A DNA stretch of 64,000 bases from Cenococcum geophilum. Its lineage: Eukaryota. Each line of letters opens with the position of its first letter. The stretch's first letter is position 1. Below are positions 28,401 to 40,800 of the stretch, piece after piece. The notes beneath the pieces are model-generated. The model did no database searches. It worked only from the letters and a program-made list of their open reading frames with translations, and had not been told where the DNA came from. The position numbers and the translations under genes are program-made. Where the stretch lies: NCBI GenBank assembly GCA_050273025.1, contig CP158635.1:930001-994000 (forward strand), in the 5' to 3' direction.

Positions 28401-31400
28401 GGGGGGAGCCGCTAATATATATAATGTTAACAATGATATTGTAATTAAAATTAACGTCGTTTTATAGGGTGAAGCGAAATCTACCTAGAGATCTGCTATA
28501 CTTCTAGCAATAGTGGCAGAGTCTAGTTAGCTCTTTAATAGCGGATCTATTAGTGTTATAGCCGTGGCCAGCCTTATTAAGAAGCTTTTGCAGTCTATTA
28601 ACTAACGGGTAACCAAATCAACGGTATAGACGTTGTAGTTCTACGTTAGTTAAGTAGCAAGGGTTTATATTAAAAGACTTAACTAAATAGGACTATAAGG
28701 AGAAGCTCTATAAGAGAAATGGGTGGCCAAATTGTCTGACTACTGGTACCCTTTTAGTGCGAGTAATGATAACGTCCTTTAGGTTATTGTATTTAATATA
28801 AAGTCTATCTATATCTACTAAGCAAAGTAGGAAAGGGGTATCTGCTTCAACAATATAGAATTATACCTTGCCTATAGGGCTGTTAACGTCTATAGTTCCG
28901 ATAGACGTAGATGCTCCAATTCCGAATTAGACAGTTACTTAATCTTTAGTTAACGTGTTAAGACTTACGGACTTATCTACGGCCTATAGAGCTTAGAATT
29001 AGCTATAGCCAGCCGTAGACTTATATAAAGCACCCGTATTAATTATAATTCCTATAAAGACCGTTAAGGTATATTATAACGCTGTGGTTATAGCCGTACT
29101 ATAGGCAAATGGGTCGGTCTCCGTATAAGGTTCTGTAGTAGACTCCGTAGTAAGTTCTAAAGCTATAAACAAGTATATATAAGCCTTATTAGCTAGCTCT
29201 ACGCTTATAGAGGTTGCTTCCTCTGTGGTAAGTATTCCAAAGGTAGTAATATAGGCAGAACTATCGTTAGGTTCTCCGGTATCGTTCCTAAAGTCATTAG
29301 CGTCTTCAGCATCTTATATATAGGCTTTAAAGTCTAAATTATCGTCTTTATCTTTTTCGCAAGCAGCGACGTATTACTTAAAGTGGTTGTTAAAGTTACC
29401 CTTATTACGGCCCTTAATATTAGTAAAGCGTCTCTTATAATCGTCTCTGGACCAATTACGCTTCTCCTCTATATATTTCTATAAACGGCAGTCCTCCTTC
29501 TTACAGACGTAGTACTTAGCCTTTAGTCTGCCGTTAGTTCTATAGGGGCGATTGCTGCCGTAGCGGTTAGTATTTTAGTCTCGATTTTGGTTATTTTGGT
29601 AGTAGCGTTAATCTATAAAAAAAAGCTTAGTAAGACAATCTTATTAAGGCCTATAGGGGGTGTTCTTTTTCCTATGTAATAATAGAGGATTATAGTTTGC
29701 TAATTAACTAAGAGAGGTCTTCTAAAGGGTTGGAGACAGTAATACGGCATGCTAGTACTCCCTAGTAAGCAGTAACTAGCTTATTTATAAGAATGCGGTT
29801 TGTACGGAAGTCTAGGTGTAGTCTATAATGTTATTTTAGTAGCTTGTCTATAAGCAGTTAGAAGTTCTAATAGATTGACTTATTAGGGTTCTCGTCCATA
29901 ACTCCTTAAAGGGTCATACTGTTCCACTCCATAAGGTTCTTACGGTAGTATTCTAGCCCTTTAAAGAACTGTTATATGTGGTTACAGGCTTCCATAAAAG
30001 GTCTCGACTTAAGGTTACTGTTATAGTAGTGGTCCTAAGCAAGCCCTTTTAGCATACTAGGGAATGCTACTGTGTAGCCTTCTAGTGGCAAGCCAGATCT
30101 CTTGCAGATGTTGTAGAAGATGGTTAACTTAAAGTTAAAGCTGTCACTAACTCTATCGTACTTTTGGTCGTCTATATAGATCTTTGTAATTATAGCCACC
30201 TCCTTGCTATATCTAGGCCCTTGCCTAGGTTTTTGCTCCACACTAGGCACGACTAGTTTAGGTAGTATATATATAGGTAGCTGTTACGGCTGCTATAGTT
30301 GCTGCGACCATAGTAATTGGTCGATAAGAGTGTGGATTTAGTTACAATTGGAGGATTAAGGACCGGGAGGGGTAGTAGGGGTAGTAGGGGTAGCAATTGG
30401 AGTAGCTGGCGGTACAGCAATTGGAGTAGCTGGTGGTGCAGCGATCGGAGTAGTTAGCGGTACAGCAGTTAGAATAGCTAGTGGAAGAGCTGGTAATGCT
30501 TATGTAGCTAGTAAGGGACTATAGAAAGGTGTTAACGCCAGTAGAGCTATAGCAAGCTTATCTAAGGTTAAATTAAGTTAATCTTGCAGAGCTATAGTAA
30601 TCATTGGCTTAATATCATTAAGGGCTAGACCAATCTCTTCGTCCGTCCATTTGTAAAACTCTTCTTTTTAAAGGAGGTCGAATAGTGCTTCTGAGATTAA
30701 ATATCTGTTATTATGCTTTCCGACATATACTCCTCTCTTAAGTAGATAGATGCGTAACTTTGCTCTTATATCGGTTTATATGCGTTTAAAATCCTTAGTA
30801 GTAAAGCCTTTAAATTCCTCCTTAAATACTGTCCATAGTGTGTAGTCTGTGAAGTTCTCCTATATATATACATAGACCTTTATTACTACATAGTCTCCTA
30901 GCTTATCTTTAGAAGCTATAGCAGCAGTAATTCTATTACTATACTTCGATATCTTTTTTTGCCACTCTATTATAGTGTAAAGCAGTATGCGTTTAGGTAG
31001 AGGTTATAAAGGTTTAAGGTTTAAGATTTAAGGTTCGAGGTTAAGGTTAAGGTTAAGGGTTAAGGTTAAGGTTAAGGTTAAGGTTAAGGGTAGTATATAC
31101 ATTCTCTACAGCCGTCGGGCTTGTAAAGTGTTCTTAGTAAAATTACTATTCTCTTAGTAATCTGTTATATTAGCTGTAAAGCCAGTATAAATTCTCTTAA
31201 GCTTAAGGGAGGTCGTAATCTTCTCTAAGTAAAGATATAATTCTCTAGGCGATCTGACGCGTTAGTAGTTAAGTTAATACGTAGTCTCGAGCTTTAAGGG
31301 TAATATAGCTTTCTCCTTTAATAAAACAGACAAGAACTAGGCAATCGTGAACTATTTCTAGTACTACTTCTTAAGCGCTAGCTATTGCGTATTTCCTAAT

Positions 31401-31590
31401 CTATACGTCTACTAATCAGTGTTAGTATAACTCTCTTTATTAATATACATAAATATTACTTGTAGTGGTACGTATGCGGTGTTAAAGTTAGTAGTTAATT
31501 ATTGTTTAGAAGAAAGGGGTTGCTCTAAGGTTAGACAGTTAGTCTCGCTTCGTAGTCCCGTAACTACGTCACGTGATTAATGTTCCGACA
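25450..31590 (-). mobile_element. Ty1/Copia LTR retrotransposon, GalEa-like, full length, RIPed
   Basis: 171-bp LTRs at 25450-25620 and 31420-31590; TSD GTTAG at 25445-25449 and 31591-31595. Domain order is gag, protease, integrase, RT, RNase H. RT motifs D(I)SQAYVQS, KPLYG.PEAG.HWF and GIVGLQTDDTLFL after de-RIP. Confidence 0.9.
31005..31090. repeat. (AAGGTT)n hexamer array in the Copia 5' leader
   Basis: Tandem AAGGTT/AAGGGTT units between the 5' LTR and gag. Confidence 0.8.
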
Positions 31591-32093
31591 GTTAGATTAC
31601 GTTAAACTAGAACTATTTAAATTTTTAGCTAAATTTTTAGAAGTTATATATAAACTTAAATTACTAGTAAAGATAAAGATCTACCCTATATAGTATATTA
31701 TAATGCTAAAGCTAGCGTATAAAAATATAGAGCTATTAGTTTATAAAGTAAATACGTATAAAGAATAAAAGAAAGATAGATAGTAGGTTTTAAAGATTAT
31801 TAATTATAAGGATATTAATAATAAAATATAATATAAAGTAAAGTAGATAGGCTATAATAAGACTACCTAGAAACTACTATAAAATCTAAAGAACTCTATA
31901 AAAAAGGTATAGAAGTATTAAAAGAGAATAGGTTAAGTAATATTAAAAAGGAGCTAAAGATAAAGGGATTAGTTAAAGGTAATAGACGAGCTAGATTATT
32001 TAAGGGATCTACTACTAGTATATAAGTTATTTCCGCCTCTTCTTAATTAGAATTCTTTTTAGCCTCCTTAGCCTTAAGTTTAAAGAGACCTTA

Positions 32094-33629
32094 CATCGGC
32101 AAAATATGGTACCCTACTAATGGCCTCAATGGCTGGTGGTTGACGCAATTGGCGCGCAGTTGAGGGCATTTGGCAACTCGACCGACTAGCCTATGTCGTG
32201 TTTTTTTGACACGTAGCCTGCGCGCAACCTGCCAGCAATCTGCGCATTTAGCAACCATAATTATATTTACCTCTTTTATACTAATAGCATATTTTAAATA
32301 AATAAAAGCTACTTTAAAGCTATTTATAAGGCTAGCAAAATAAATATTATTATTTTAGATAATTTAATATAATATAGCGATGGTTCTCTTCTACCTATCT
32401 ACCTATTGACTTACCTACCTGCCTATCTACCTACCTGCCTGTATTGCCTACCTGTCTGCATTGCCTACCGTCTGCATCGCCTACCTGTTTGCATCTGCCT
32501 ACCTGTCTATATCTGCCTACCCGTCAGCATCTCCCTGTTTGTGCCTACCTGTCTGTGCTACCTTGATTCGATCGATCGATCGAATCGTTTAGTGTTCGCT
32601 GGCTAGTCGTTGTCGTCTGGTTCTGGCGACGGTCGTCTGGCTCTAGCGACGGTCGTCTGGCTCTAGCGACGGTCGTCTGTCTCTGGCGACAGTCGTCTGG
32701 CGACAGTCGTCTGGCTCTGGCGACGGTCGTCTGGTTCTAGCGATAGTCATCTAGTTCTAGCAACGGTCCTCTGCTGGCTGCCGTTCTAGTGCCTCCCTAG
32801 GTAGGGAGGATGTAAGGAAGGAAGGGTAAAAAATAAGGCGGCTACATAGGCAGAGACACGTGTAGAGGCTATCGGGAATATAGCGGGGACCCGATGCAGA
32901 GCTTCGTGTAGAGCCTCCGTATGCAGAGCTTCGCGCAGAGCCTTGTGTAGAGCCTCTGTACGTAGAGCTTCGTGCAGAGCTTCGTGCAGAGCTTCGTGCA
33001 GAGCTTCGTGCAGAGCCTCCGTACGCAGAGCTTCGCGCAGAGCCTCGTGCAGAGCCTCGTGCAGAGCCTCGTGCAGAGCCTCGTGCAGAGCCTCGTGCAG
33101 AGCCTCTGTACGTAGAGCTTCGTGTAGAGCTTCGTGTAGAGCTTCGTGTAGAGCTTCGTGTAGAGCTTCGTGTAGAGCTTCGTGTAGAGCTTTATGTAGA
33201 GCTTCGTGTAGAGCTTTGTGTAGAGCCTTGTGCAGAGCCTTGTGTAAAGCCTCTAAGTAATAAGACTATATAAGATTATATAAGATTGCGTAATTGGCAT
33301 ATAACTTTACCTTAGTTGCATGTTAAGGAATATATAGTTAGCTTTTAAAGTCGTCAAATAGGTTAACTGTGTGTTATTTAACTTTTAAATATGTTAAATA
33401 GGTCAACTGCGTGTTAAGGAATATATAGTTAGCTTTTAAAGTTGTTAATTAGGTCAACTGCGTGTTATTTAACTTTTAAATATGTTAAGTTGGTCAATGG
33501 CGTATTAAGTTGGTTAATTACGTGTTAAGTTGGTTAATTCGTGTCAAGTTGGTCAATTTGCATGTCAATTACGCGAAACGCGCTAAACAAAGTCTACTTG
33601 AATCTCATCCTGCGAATATTTTCCCGATG
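32094..33629. mobile_element. Non-autonomous TIR element D2 (same family as D1)
   Basis: 14-bp TIR CATCGGCAAAATAT / ATATTTTCCCGATG with one mismatch, flanked by TA on both sides. Removing it plus one TA restores the host frame L-I-K-(Q)-G-L. Confidence 0.85.
32895..33255. repeat. 12-bp minisatellite (GCAGAGCTTCGT/GCAGAGCCTCGT) inside D2; homologue at ~14225-14410 in D1
   Basis: Directly visible tandem units; explains the spurious RASC-repeat ORF. Confidence 0.9.
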
Positions 33630-34075
33630 TACTTTATAAGATATAGCTCTTTTAAGCATACCTTTTTATATACCTTTATAAGACGGCTTAGTTAAGTATA
33701 AGTATTAAGTTAAGCCTTTAGGGCCTAAGACGCTTTATTAGAATAATATTAAACCTTAATAAGAGCTTTAGCTAGCTTACCCTTTAGTCTTTTAGCCGCT
33801 ATTAATACGCGAGACCTTATAATAGATTAAATAAGGAACTAGATAGTTATATTAAATTATAAAATATATATACTTGGTATTAGAGACGGATTAAATATTA
33901 TAAGAGGATTATATATTCGCTTGCGTATACTTAGTATAAAAAAAGGTTAACAACTAGATAGAGCCGTAATTATAATATATGTCACAGTACGTGCGGACTG
34001 TCAAGGTATGATGTACGAGGTGACTGTATATGATTGACAAACGATGTCGTGTGAGGATCTATGTAGGAGGTAAGG

Positions 34076-36976
34076 TGGTATTAACTGCCCGGCTGATCCT
34101 CGGTCAGCCGAAAAATCACGTGTTTAGCCAGCCACCTGGGTCAGATTCGAGGATCTCCTCAGCGCTACTAGCGCTAAGCTGAGGAGATTCGCGTATCTAG
34201 GGCCACCTGCTGATTAAGCCGCTGATTGACGCCGACTGTAGGGTAATTAGGGCCATTGAGGCCCCAAGTATATATAAAAAAGTCCTCCCTACCTATCCTT
34301 AATCGCGGTAGTATGTCTGCTATTATACCTACTATATAAGATGGCGCTGACTAACCGCGTAGAGATTAATATCGCTAATAATGCCGAATTACGCGCTAAC
34401 GCGCAGTATGTCCTTGCCCTTATGTGTGCCGTAAGGCCTAAGAATATATCTTTAACGTACAATCCAAAGCAGAAGGAGTTTAAGGTAATACCCCCCCCCT
34501 CTCCTAAAAGTATCGTGGCCCGTGGCTAACGCGTTGTCTAGCTTTAGGCCTTCTATAAACGGAAGTAGTACTATAACAGCAATACCATTACGGAGGATAA
34601 GCTACTTCTTTTTCTCGTTAAGGAGGTTATAAGCCAGCCCTTAAAAGGGAAGAGCTGTAAAGCCGATATTAACGTACCCTAAGAGGAAACGTGGCTCTCG
34701 TGGCAGTTAGTTCGCGGCTATATTACCGCTCTAACGGACCTTTATTGGATGCAGAAAGCTATAGGAATAAATAGCCACCCGTCTCCGCGGGAGGACAGCA
34801 TTAGGGAGTACCTAAAGACGTTATAGCGGAGGGACGCGTAGCGCGAGAAAGAGCAGTTCGCTAATAAGGGTAGAGATACCCTCCTTAACGGCTATACCAA
34901 GGACGAGTTCCAGAGCGTCTACCATAAGCTCTAAGCCAGGGGCGCCGCCTTGTCCCCAGAGTGCTACTTCCGCACGCTTGTTGATATCCTGCTAGGCCAC
35001 TATATACTTACCCGCGGCGGCGATAAACGCTCTACTAAGATCTCAGATCTATTTACCTTTAAGTTTAAGGGTAAAGGCCCTACGCGCTGTATGCCCTTAA
35101 TATTCACTACACGCGCAGGTAAGTAGAACCAGCATAGCCGCCTTAAGACTATTGGGGCCCTACGGAACAGGAAGCCGCTTATTTATATACTTAGCGGGCT
35201 AGCTTTCTATCTCCTATATTACTAGGATCTTAGTATGGAGCCGTTTCCGGACTTTAGTAAGCGCTTAGTATAGTACAATATACGCCTAATTAAGGGCGGT
35301 AGGGACTACGAGGCGGCCCTCTTATATAACTTGCAGCGAGATTAGGTCACAAAGGCCTTTTAGTATGTTGGCGTTTTCTTAGAAAAGAAGACGTATATTA
35401 GGCGGAGCGCCGGCGCTAAGACGGCGGAGCTAAAGGGGGTTAGTAAGGACCAGATTTGGCGCGCTAGGAGGTAGAACTAAGAGTAAATAGTAGGCTATTA
35501 CTTAAACTCTCTCCTATAAGAGTTTATAAGGTTAATAGTAGGGCACCTTTTATAGATAGGCTGCTTTAAAATCCGCCGTGCGGGTATTACGCCGCCTAAC
35601 GTACTGCTATTAATAATATGGCCTAAACTAGACAAATGGAAGGGCTGTTTTGGCCTATAGCTATACTAGATTAATAACCTTGCCGCTATAGGGGTTACGA
35701 ACCTTCTCTTTTACCTCCGCGAGGTCATTTTATAGGACTTAGTAGCCCTCCGTAAGATGTTCCTAAGCTATCTAGTATAGAGCTACTCTGTCTTCTAGTA
35801 TAAGGCGTATAAGGCCTTTATGTAGGATCTAGAGCCCTACCTACAGGAAGAGGGGAGCCTAAATTAGCTGTTAATTCTCTACTAGGCTATACCACTCCTT
35901 GCTAACTAACTAAAGGCTCTACGCGCCAAATATAAGCAGACAGCTAGTAAGGTTAAGGGCTTATTAGACTATTTAGATAAGTCCTAGCAGGCCTAGTCTT
36001 TATAGCTTTAATTACTAACGTCCGGAGGCCTTACATTTCGACTAGAAGCCCCTTTGGCTGTAGCTACGGCAGTAGCTGCAGCATGGCCTTAGGGCCGGTC
36101 TACTAACCCCCTACGTCCGCTTATAGAAGCGGCCCCTCTAGCTCTATCTGTTACGGGATTTAATAGATATACGTCCGCCTAGGTAAGCGCTATAGGCTCT
36201 CCTTCCCGTATAGCTTCGCTACCGCCGCTGCCGTAATAGCCGTAGCCGTAGCCGCAGCTAGAGCCCGGGTCTGGGTCTCTACCTATATACTATATAAGCC
36301 GCGCGGTGAACTCTGTACGGGCCCTTTGGCGTAAGTGGACTAAAGGGCTAAGAGGTAATCCTTTTATAGTAGCGCTAGATTCTAAATAGGGTAGTAGATG
36401 GCGGGCTGGCTAGTAAAAGGAGGTTTAATAGTACTCCCTACGGCTCGAGGTTATTAAGGAGATTAAGCGGGTCGCGTAGGTCTAGAAGGTCAGCGAGGAA
36501 GCGGCTATATAGTAGGTTAATCTACGGCAGGAGCAGATGTAGTGCTCACTAGATTAGCTTTGTAAACGGCTTCGAGCGGGTAGAAAGGCTTTAAAATAGT
36601 TATATATATGACTTCTAATAAGATACTAAGAGGTCCTCTATTAAAACCTTTGTCTATAGCCCCCTAGGGGCTCATTTTGGTGCCGTATAAGTTTGATGGG
36701 GTGCTTTAGGGTGGTGGCGCGCAACTTAAAACGCGAATATCTTCATTAACCCACGGCCGATTCTTACCATTCTAGTGCGAGTAGAAAGCGCTCAGCAGGC
36801 TCTACGCATAGCGCTCGACGGGTGTTGAGAGTATGGCGTTGCTGGCGATTAAAAATCGACTGTGGATATGGGGTAATATCCACAGTCGCTGAACGCACGG
36901 ACCTCCTCGCCCGCGTAATCGTGACTTAGCCGCTGATTCAGCCATATAAATGTACCTGTGGATATACTATTGGTAT
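34076..36976 (+). mobile_element. CryptonF tyrosine-recombinase DNA transposon
   Basis: 6-bp direct repeat TGGTAT at 34076-34081 and 36971-36976, no TIR, and a single recombinase gene inside. Confidence 0.8.
34341..36599 (+). pseudogene. Crypton tyrosine recombinase (Ndc10-II-like domain plus C-terminal GCR1_C), RIP stops, one intron ~34485-34547
   Basis: EDKLLLFL..EV, ADKGRDTLLDGY, HYMLTRGGD.R, GKQNQHGR, KKT(H)IGRSAGAKTAEL.GVSEDQI.RAGRWN....GCYL, and the GCR1_C motif SRAV.SVRALWREWTEGL...LD.KWG.RWR. Exon 2 (34548-36599) shows no net frameshift. Confidence 0.88.
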
Positions 36977-37894
36977 ATATACACGTCGCTTAGGGGTCAG
37001 GTCCGTGCTCGTGTTATAACAACACTGAATCATAACAACGTGTTAGGTTAGTGCCGTGACAATATATACTAACTTCTTCTCTATATAGTAAGAATAAGAT
37101 AGTATAACTTTACTAAGTAAAAGAATAAATATTACTAGCTAATTATAATGGTTAGACGTAGAAGATCTAATAGAAGGTATTAGAAATAATAAAGGTTATT
37201 AAATTAAAAATGGGAATACTATACCTCTAATAAACAACTTAGAGATAGGAGATATCTTTAAGGATAAAGATAAAGAGGAGGGGGATAGTGTTACGGACCT
37301 TATATTAATAGTAGTACAACTATTAAGAAGATATATAAATAGGTTAATTAAGATAGTATAAAAGACACTAGAACTAATTAAGCTATAAAATAAGGGGTAA
37401 CTAAGTTATGTAGCTAGTTATATTATAAGTTTAAAATGTAGAAATATAGGAATATAGGAATATAATATACCAATATACTAATATACCGACGTACTTAGTA
37501 TATTTCTTAGGCGCAGTATTAAATACTTAAAGGACTATAGTCCCTACCTAGATAGTTCTCTTCTTTATAGTAAATCTTAGAATATAATTAGAGTTAATCT
37601 ATTAGGCAACTACTCTACTAATTATTATTATATTATTAACTTCTTATTTACCTATATGCCTAGCCTATTAATAAGTCTACCGTAGTTTCTACTATAAGGC
37701 TTTATTATATTAAAAGGCAATATTTTTAGCAACTAATATAGAGGACTATAATATAATTCTTTTACTATAAAGAGGCCTTAAGGCGATTACCTAGTAGCTT
37801 ATTAGCTAGAACGTCCTAAACTAATTCTAAGTTATAAAGGAAATAGTAGAAGAAGGTAAGGGAGTAAATAGGTACCCTTTAAAGGCTTTATAGT

Positions 37895-40800
37895 TGTTAC
37901 GGACGCTTTAAATACGATGTTATAACTACTTAGAGAGGAGTTAGAAGAAGCTAGTTGGTTAATATAGGCACGGTCTAGAATAGAGCCGATAGAGCTATAT
38001 GATAAGGAATAGTAACTGAGGTTATATAACGTTGTACGTAGTATACGCAGTGTATAAAGGGAACGTACGTATAACACGTATAACACGTACATTACGTATA
38101 AAGGGGATTTCTCAGGAGTATGGTTGTGTATTTAAAGGACCACAGTCCCTACCTAGATAGTTCTCTCCTTTATAGTAATTCTTAAAATATAATTGGAGTT
38201 AATCTATTAGGCAACTACTCTACCAGTTATTATTACATTGTTAGCTTTAATTTGCATCACCTATATACCTAGCCCATTAATAAGCCCACCGTAGTACTTG
38301 CTACAAGGTTCCGTTATACAATTACTACCTAGTTATAGTATTAAATACAGAAAGCCGAACAACATGCCACCAAAAGCAGCCACTATAACGCCATTAACGG
38401 CGGCAACTACTTTAAGATTAGGAGGCGATACTAGTATAGTAGATACTAACTCGCAGCAACCTATAACGGTTGGACAACTATAAGAGATAGTTGACTAACT
38501 AATGACTAATAATACGGCGCTGAAAGAAAGGGTTAATAGGATAGGAGTAGCGAAGATCAAGTTACTATTAATTAAGAGATACTTAGGAGAGAGATTAAAG
38601 CTTAAGGGATTTCTTATATAAATGCACTTTAAAGTCACATAAGAAGGGGTAAAGCTACTAACACCTATAGATTGAATAGTATACGCAGGACTATTCCTAT
38701 TAGGAAGGGTACTTAAGTAGTTTAAGCCTTACCTTATAAAGATACAGGTAAATAGGATAACGACTACTAATTAAGAGGTGCGATTTATATTCTTAAGCTA
38801 GGAAGGGTTTACGGAGCGACTTATATAAATGTTTGGAGACCTAAAGGCAGTAACCACAGCAGAAAGAAAACTCTAAGACATTACGCAATAAACCTTAGCA
38901 ATTAAGTATATAACGCAGTTCTAGACGTTAGCTATATAAGTAGAGTAGAATAATAAGGCGCTTATAGCATAATATAAGCAAGGACTTAAGGCTAAAGTCT
39001 AGGACGCGATTATCCTAATAGAAGATGCGGATACCCTATAGGAGTTAATAGATTAAGCGATTAAGATTAACAATTGGATCTACTAAAGGGAATAGGCTAA
39101 GAAAGGCTAGGATAGGGTTCTATAGTTGTATAAGGCGTAGAGTATATAATAACTAAAGCTAAGTTAGAAACTATGGTATAGCGTAGAGCTAATAGACCTA
39201 AGTGGTACTAAAGCTATAAGAGATAGAGTAAGAAATTATGGAAACCTAGAGGATAAGGATTAAGTAATTAAAGGTCTAAGGAGTAGAGGCTAAACTAGGG
39301 ATCTTAATAGCAGAAGATGTTTAGGTAGACTCTATAGCAAGAAAGATAGTTTAAAGAAAGAGCTTATATAAATTACGGGAAATAAGGTTATTACGTTAAA
39401 GACTATAGAAGTGGGTAGAGTTACTATATAGTAAAAGGGATAAGACTAGTAGACAATATACATATATAGAGGGATGATAATATGCTACGAGGAATAAAAG
39501 AATGTTTAATTAAAAGTTTTGCGTTTTATTATAATAACGCATGCCGAATTTATAAGGACGCTAAGTATAGCGTAAGCTATTAGCTATAGGAGCTATACTT
39601 AGTAGAATATAGAGGAACTAATAAACCAGTTTATAAATCGGACATTAAGGATAATAAATTTAATATAGGCGAAATATTCCGTAACAATAAGGTAATAGAG
39701 GCGGCTTATTAGGAGTATATAGACCTCAGAAATGTTATATAAGAGGTAGAGGATAATTCTACTATAGAATAGGGAACATTAGTAGGGATTAAGACCCTAC
39801 TAGATACGATATCTATTACTTTATAAGATATAAGAGAAGTAGAATAGCGAACCACTTTGGCACTCGATAAAGGCAAAAGGCTAAAGGCTTAAGATTCTTA
39901 AGATAAGATAAGGTAAGCTTAAGGACCTATAACAGACAATAACTGATAGAGCAGAGCAATAGCTTAGTTTAATAATATATAAATAAGCTTAGGACAAAGT
40001 TTCCTAAAGATATAAGACTCTTAAGACGAGATAAGAACACCTAAGCCTAGTTAGACTAAGGCTAGAGCTAAGCTTAAGATAGAAGTAAGCTTAGGATTAA
40101 GAATCCTATAGAACTAAGATTTTAAGATATAAATAAGGACTATTAACGAGATTAAGAAGCAGGAAGACTTTAGAGATCTACTCGTAAGACGTAAAAAGAA
40201 AGAAACCATAGAAGAATTTAGATAAAGAATTATTATATAGCAAGAATAGAAACTAGATAAGAGATCTAGTATACTAAGTCGTATAAGGGATAGAGCACCT
40301 GTATAAAGAATTACTAATAGGCCTAGAGTAGGCATACTAAGAACTAAGTGGCTTACTAAACTAGAACAAGAAGAGGATCTAGGGATTCCTACTAGATTTA
40401 AAAAACGACATATAAAGGGCTATTACGACATAGTAATAAAAAGATACTTCCTTACAAACAAGCCGTATATACTCTAGTAGCTGTATTAAAAGTGGTATAG
40501 ATAATAATATAATAATAAGTAGGAAGATTTCTATATATAGTTAGACGAAAGAGTTATTTAAGACCACCTAATTATAGAGAAGGCTATAAGTTATATTAAA
40601 GGAGCCTTAATTATAACGTTAAAAGATCTAAAGGAGTAATTAGAGGACTAAAGGAGTGAAAGGCAAATCTTAGTACCTGCGAATAAAGTTGTAACGCTTA
40701 GATTAATATAAGAGAGGTTTAAACTTAAGGATAAAGATAAGCTAAGAGTTAACCTAAGATACTAAGCATATTATATATTAGCATAGATTGCGTATATAGA

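Larger units (their letters stand above)
33980..37061. mobile_element. Solo LTR S2 (~187 bp reconstructed) interrupted by a Crypton
   Basis: TGTCAC...GTGACA termini; TSD ATATA at 33975-33979 and 37062-37066. Joining 33980-34081 to 36977-37061 gives an LTR-like sequence with a TATA box. Confidence 0.8.
25110..37709 (+). mobile_element. 5'-truncated C/E-family Gypsy copy F (integrase end, chromodomain, 3' region, 3' LTR) hosting Copia, D2 and S2/Crypton
   Basis: Homology to E integrase from ~25110, continuing after each insertion. PPT AAAGAGGAGGGGGATAG is followed by a 421-bp LTR at 37289-37709. Confidence 0.8.

Noticed and set aside
31005..31090. Telomere-like repeat
   Set aside because: The unit is TTAAGG rather than TTAGGG, and it lies inside the Copia leader.
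32943..33260. RASC-repeat ORF (and the VELR/AEPR ORF at 14176-14391)
   Set aside because: In-frame reading of a 12-bp minisatellite; the frames differ between D1 and D2.
34341..36599. Host centromere protein Ndc10 or Gcr1 gene
   Set aside because: RIP stops imply a multicopy sequence, and it sits in a TE nest with Crypton-type direct repeats.
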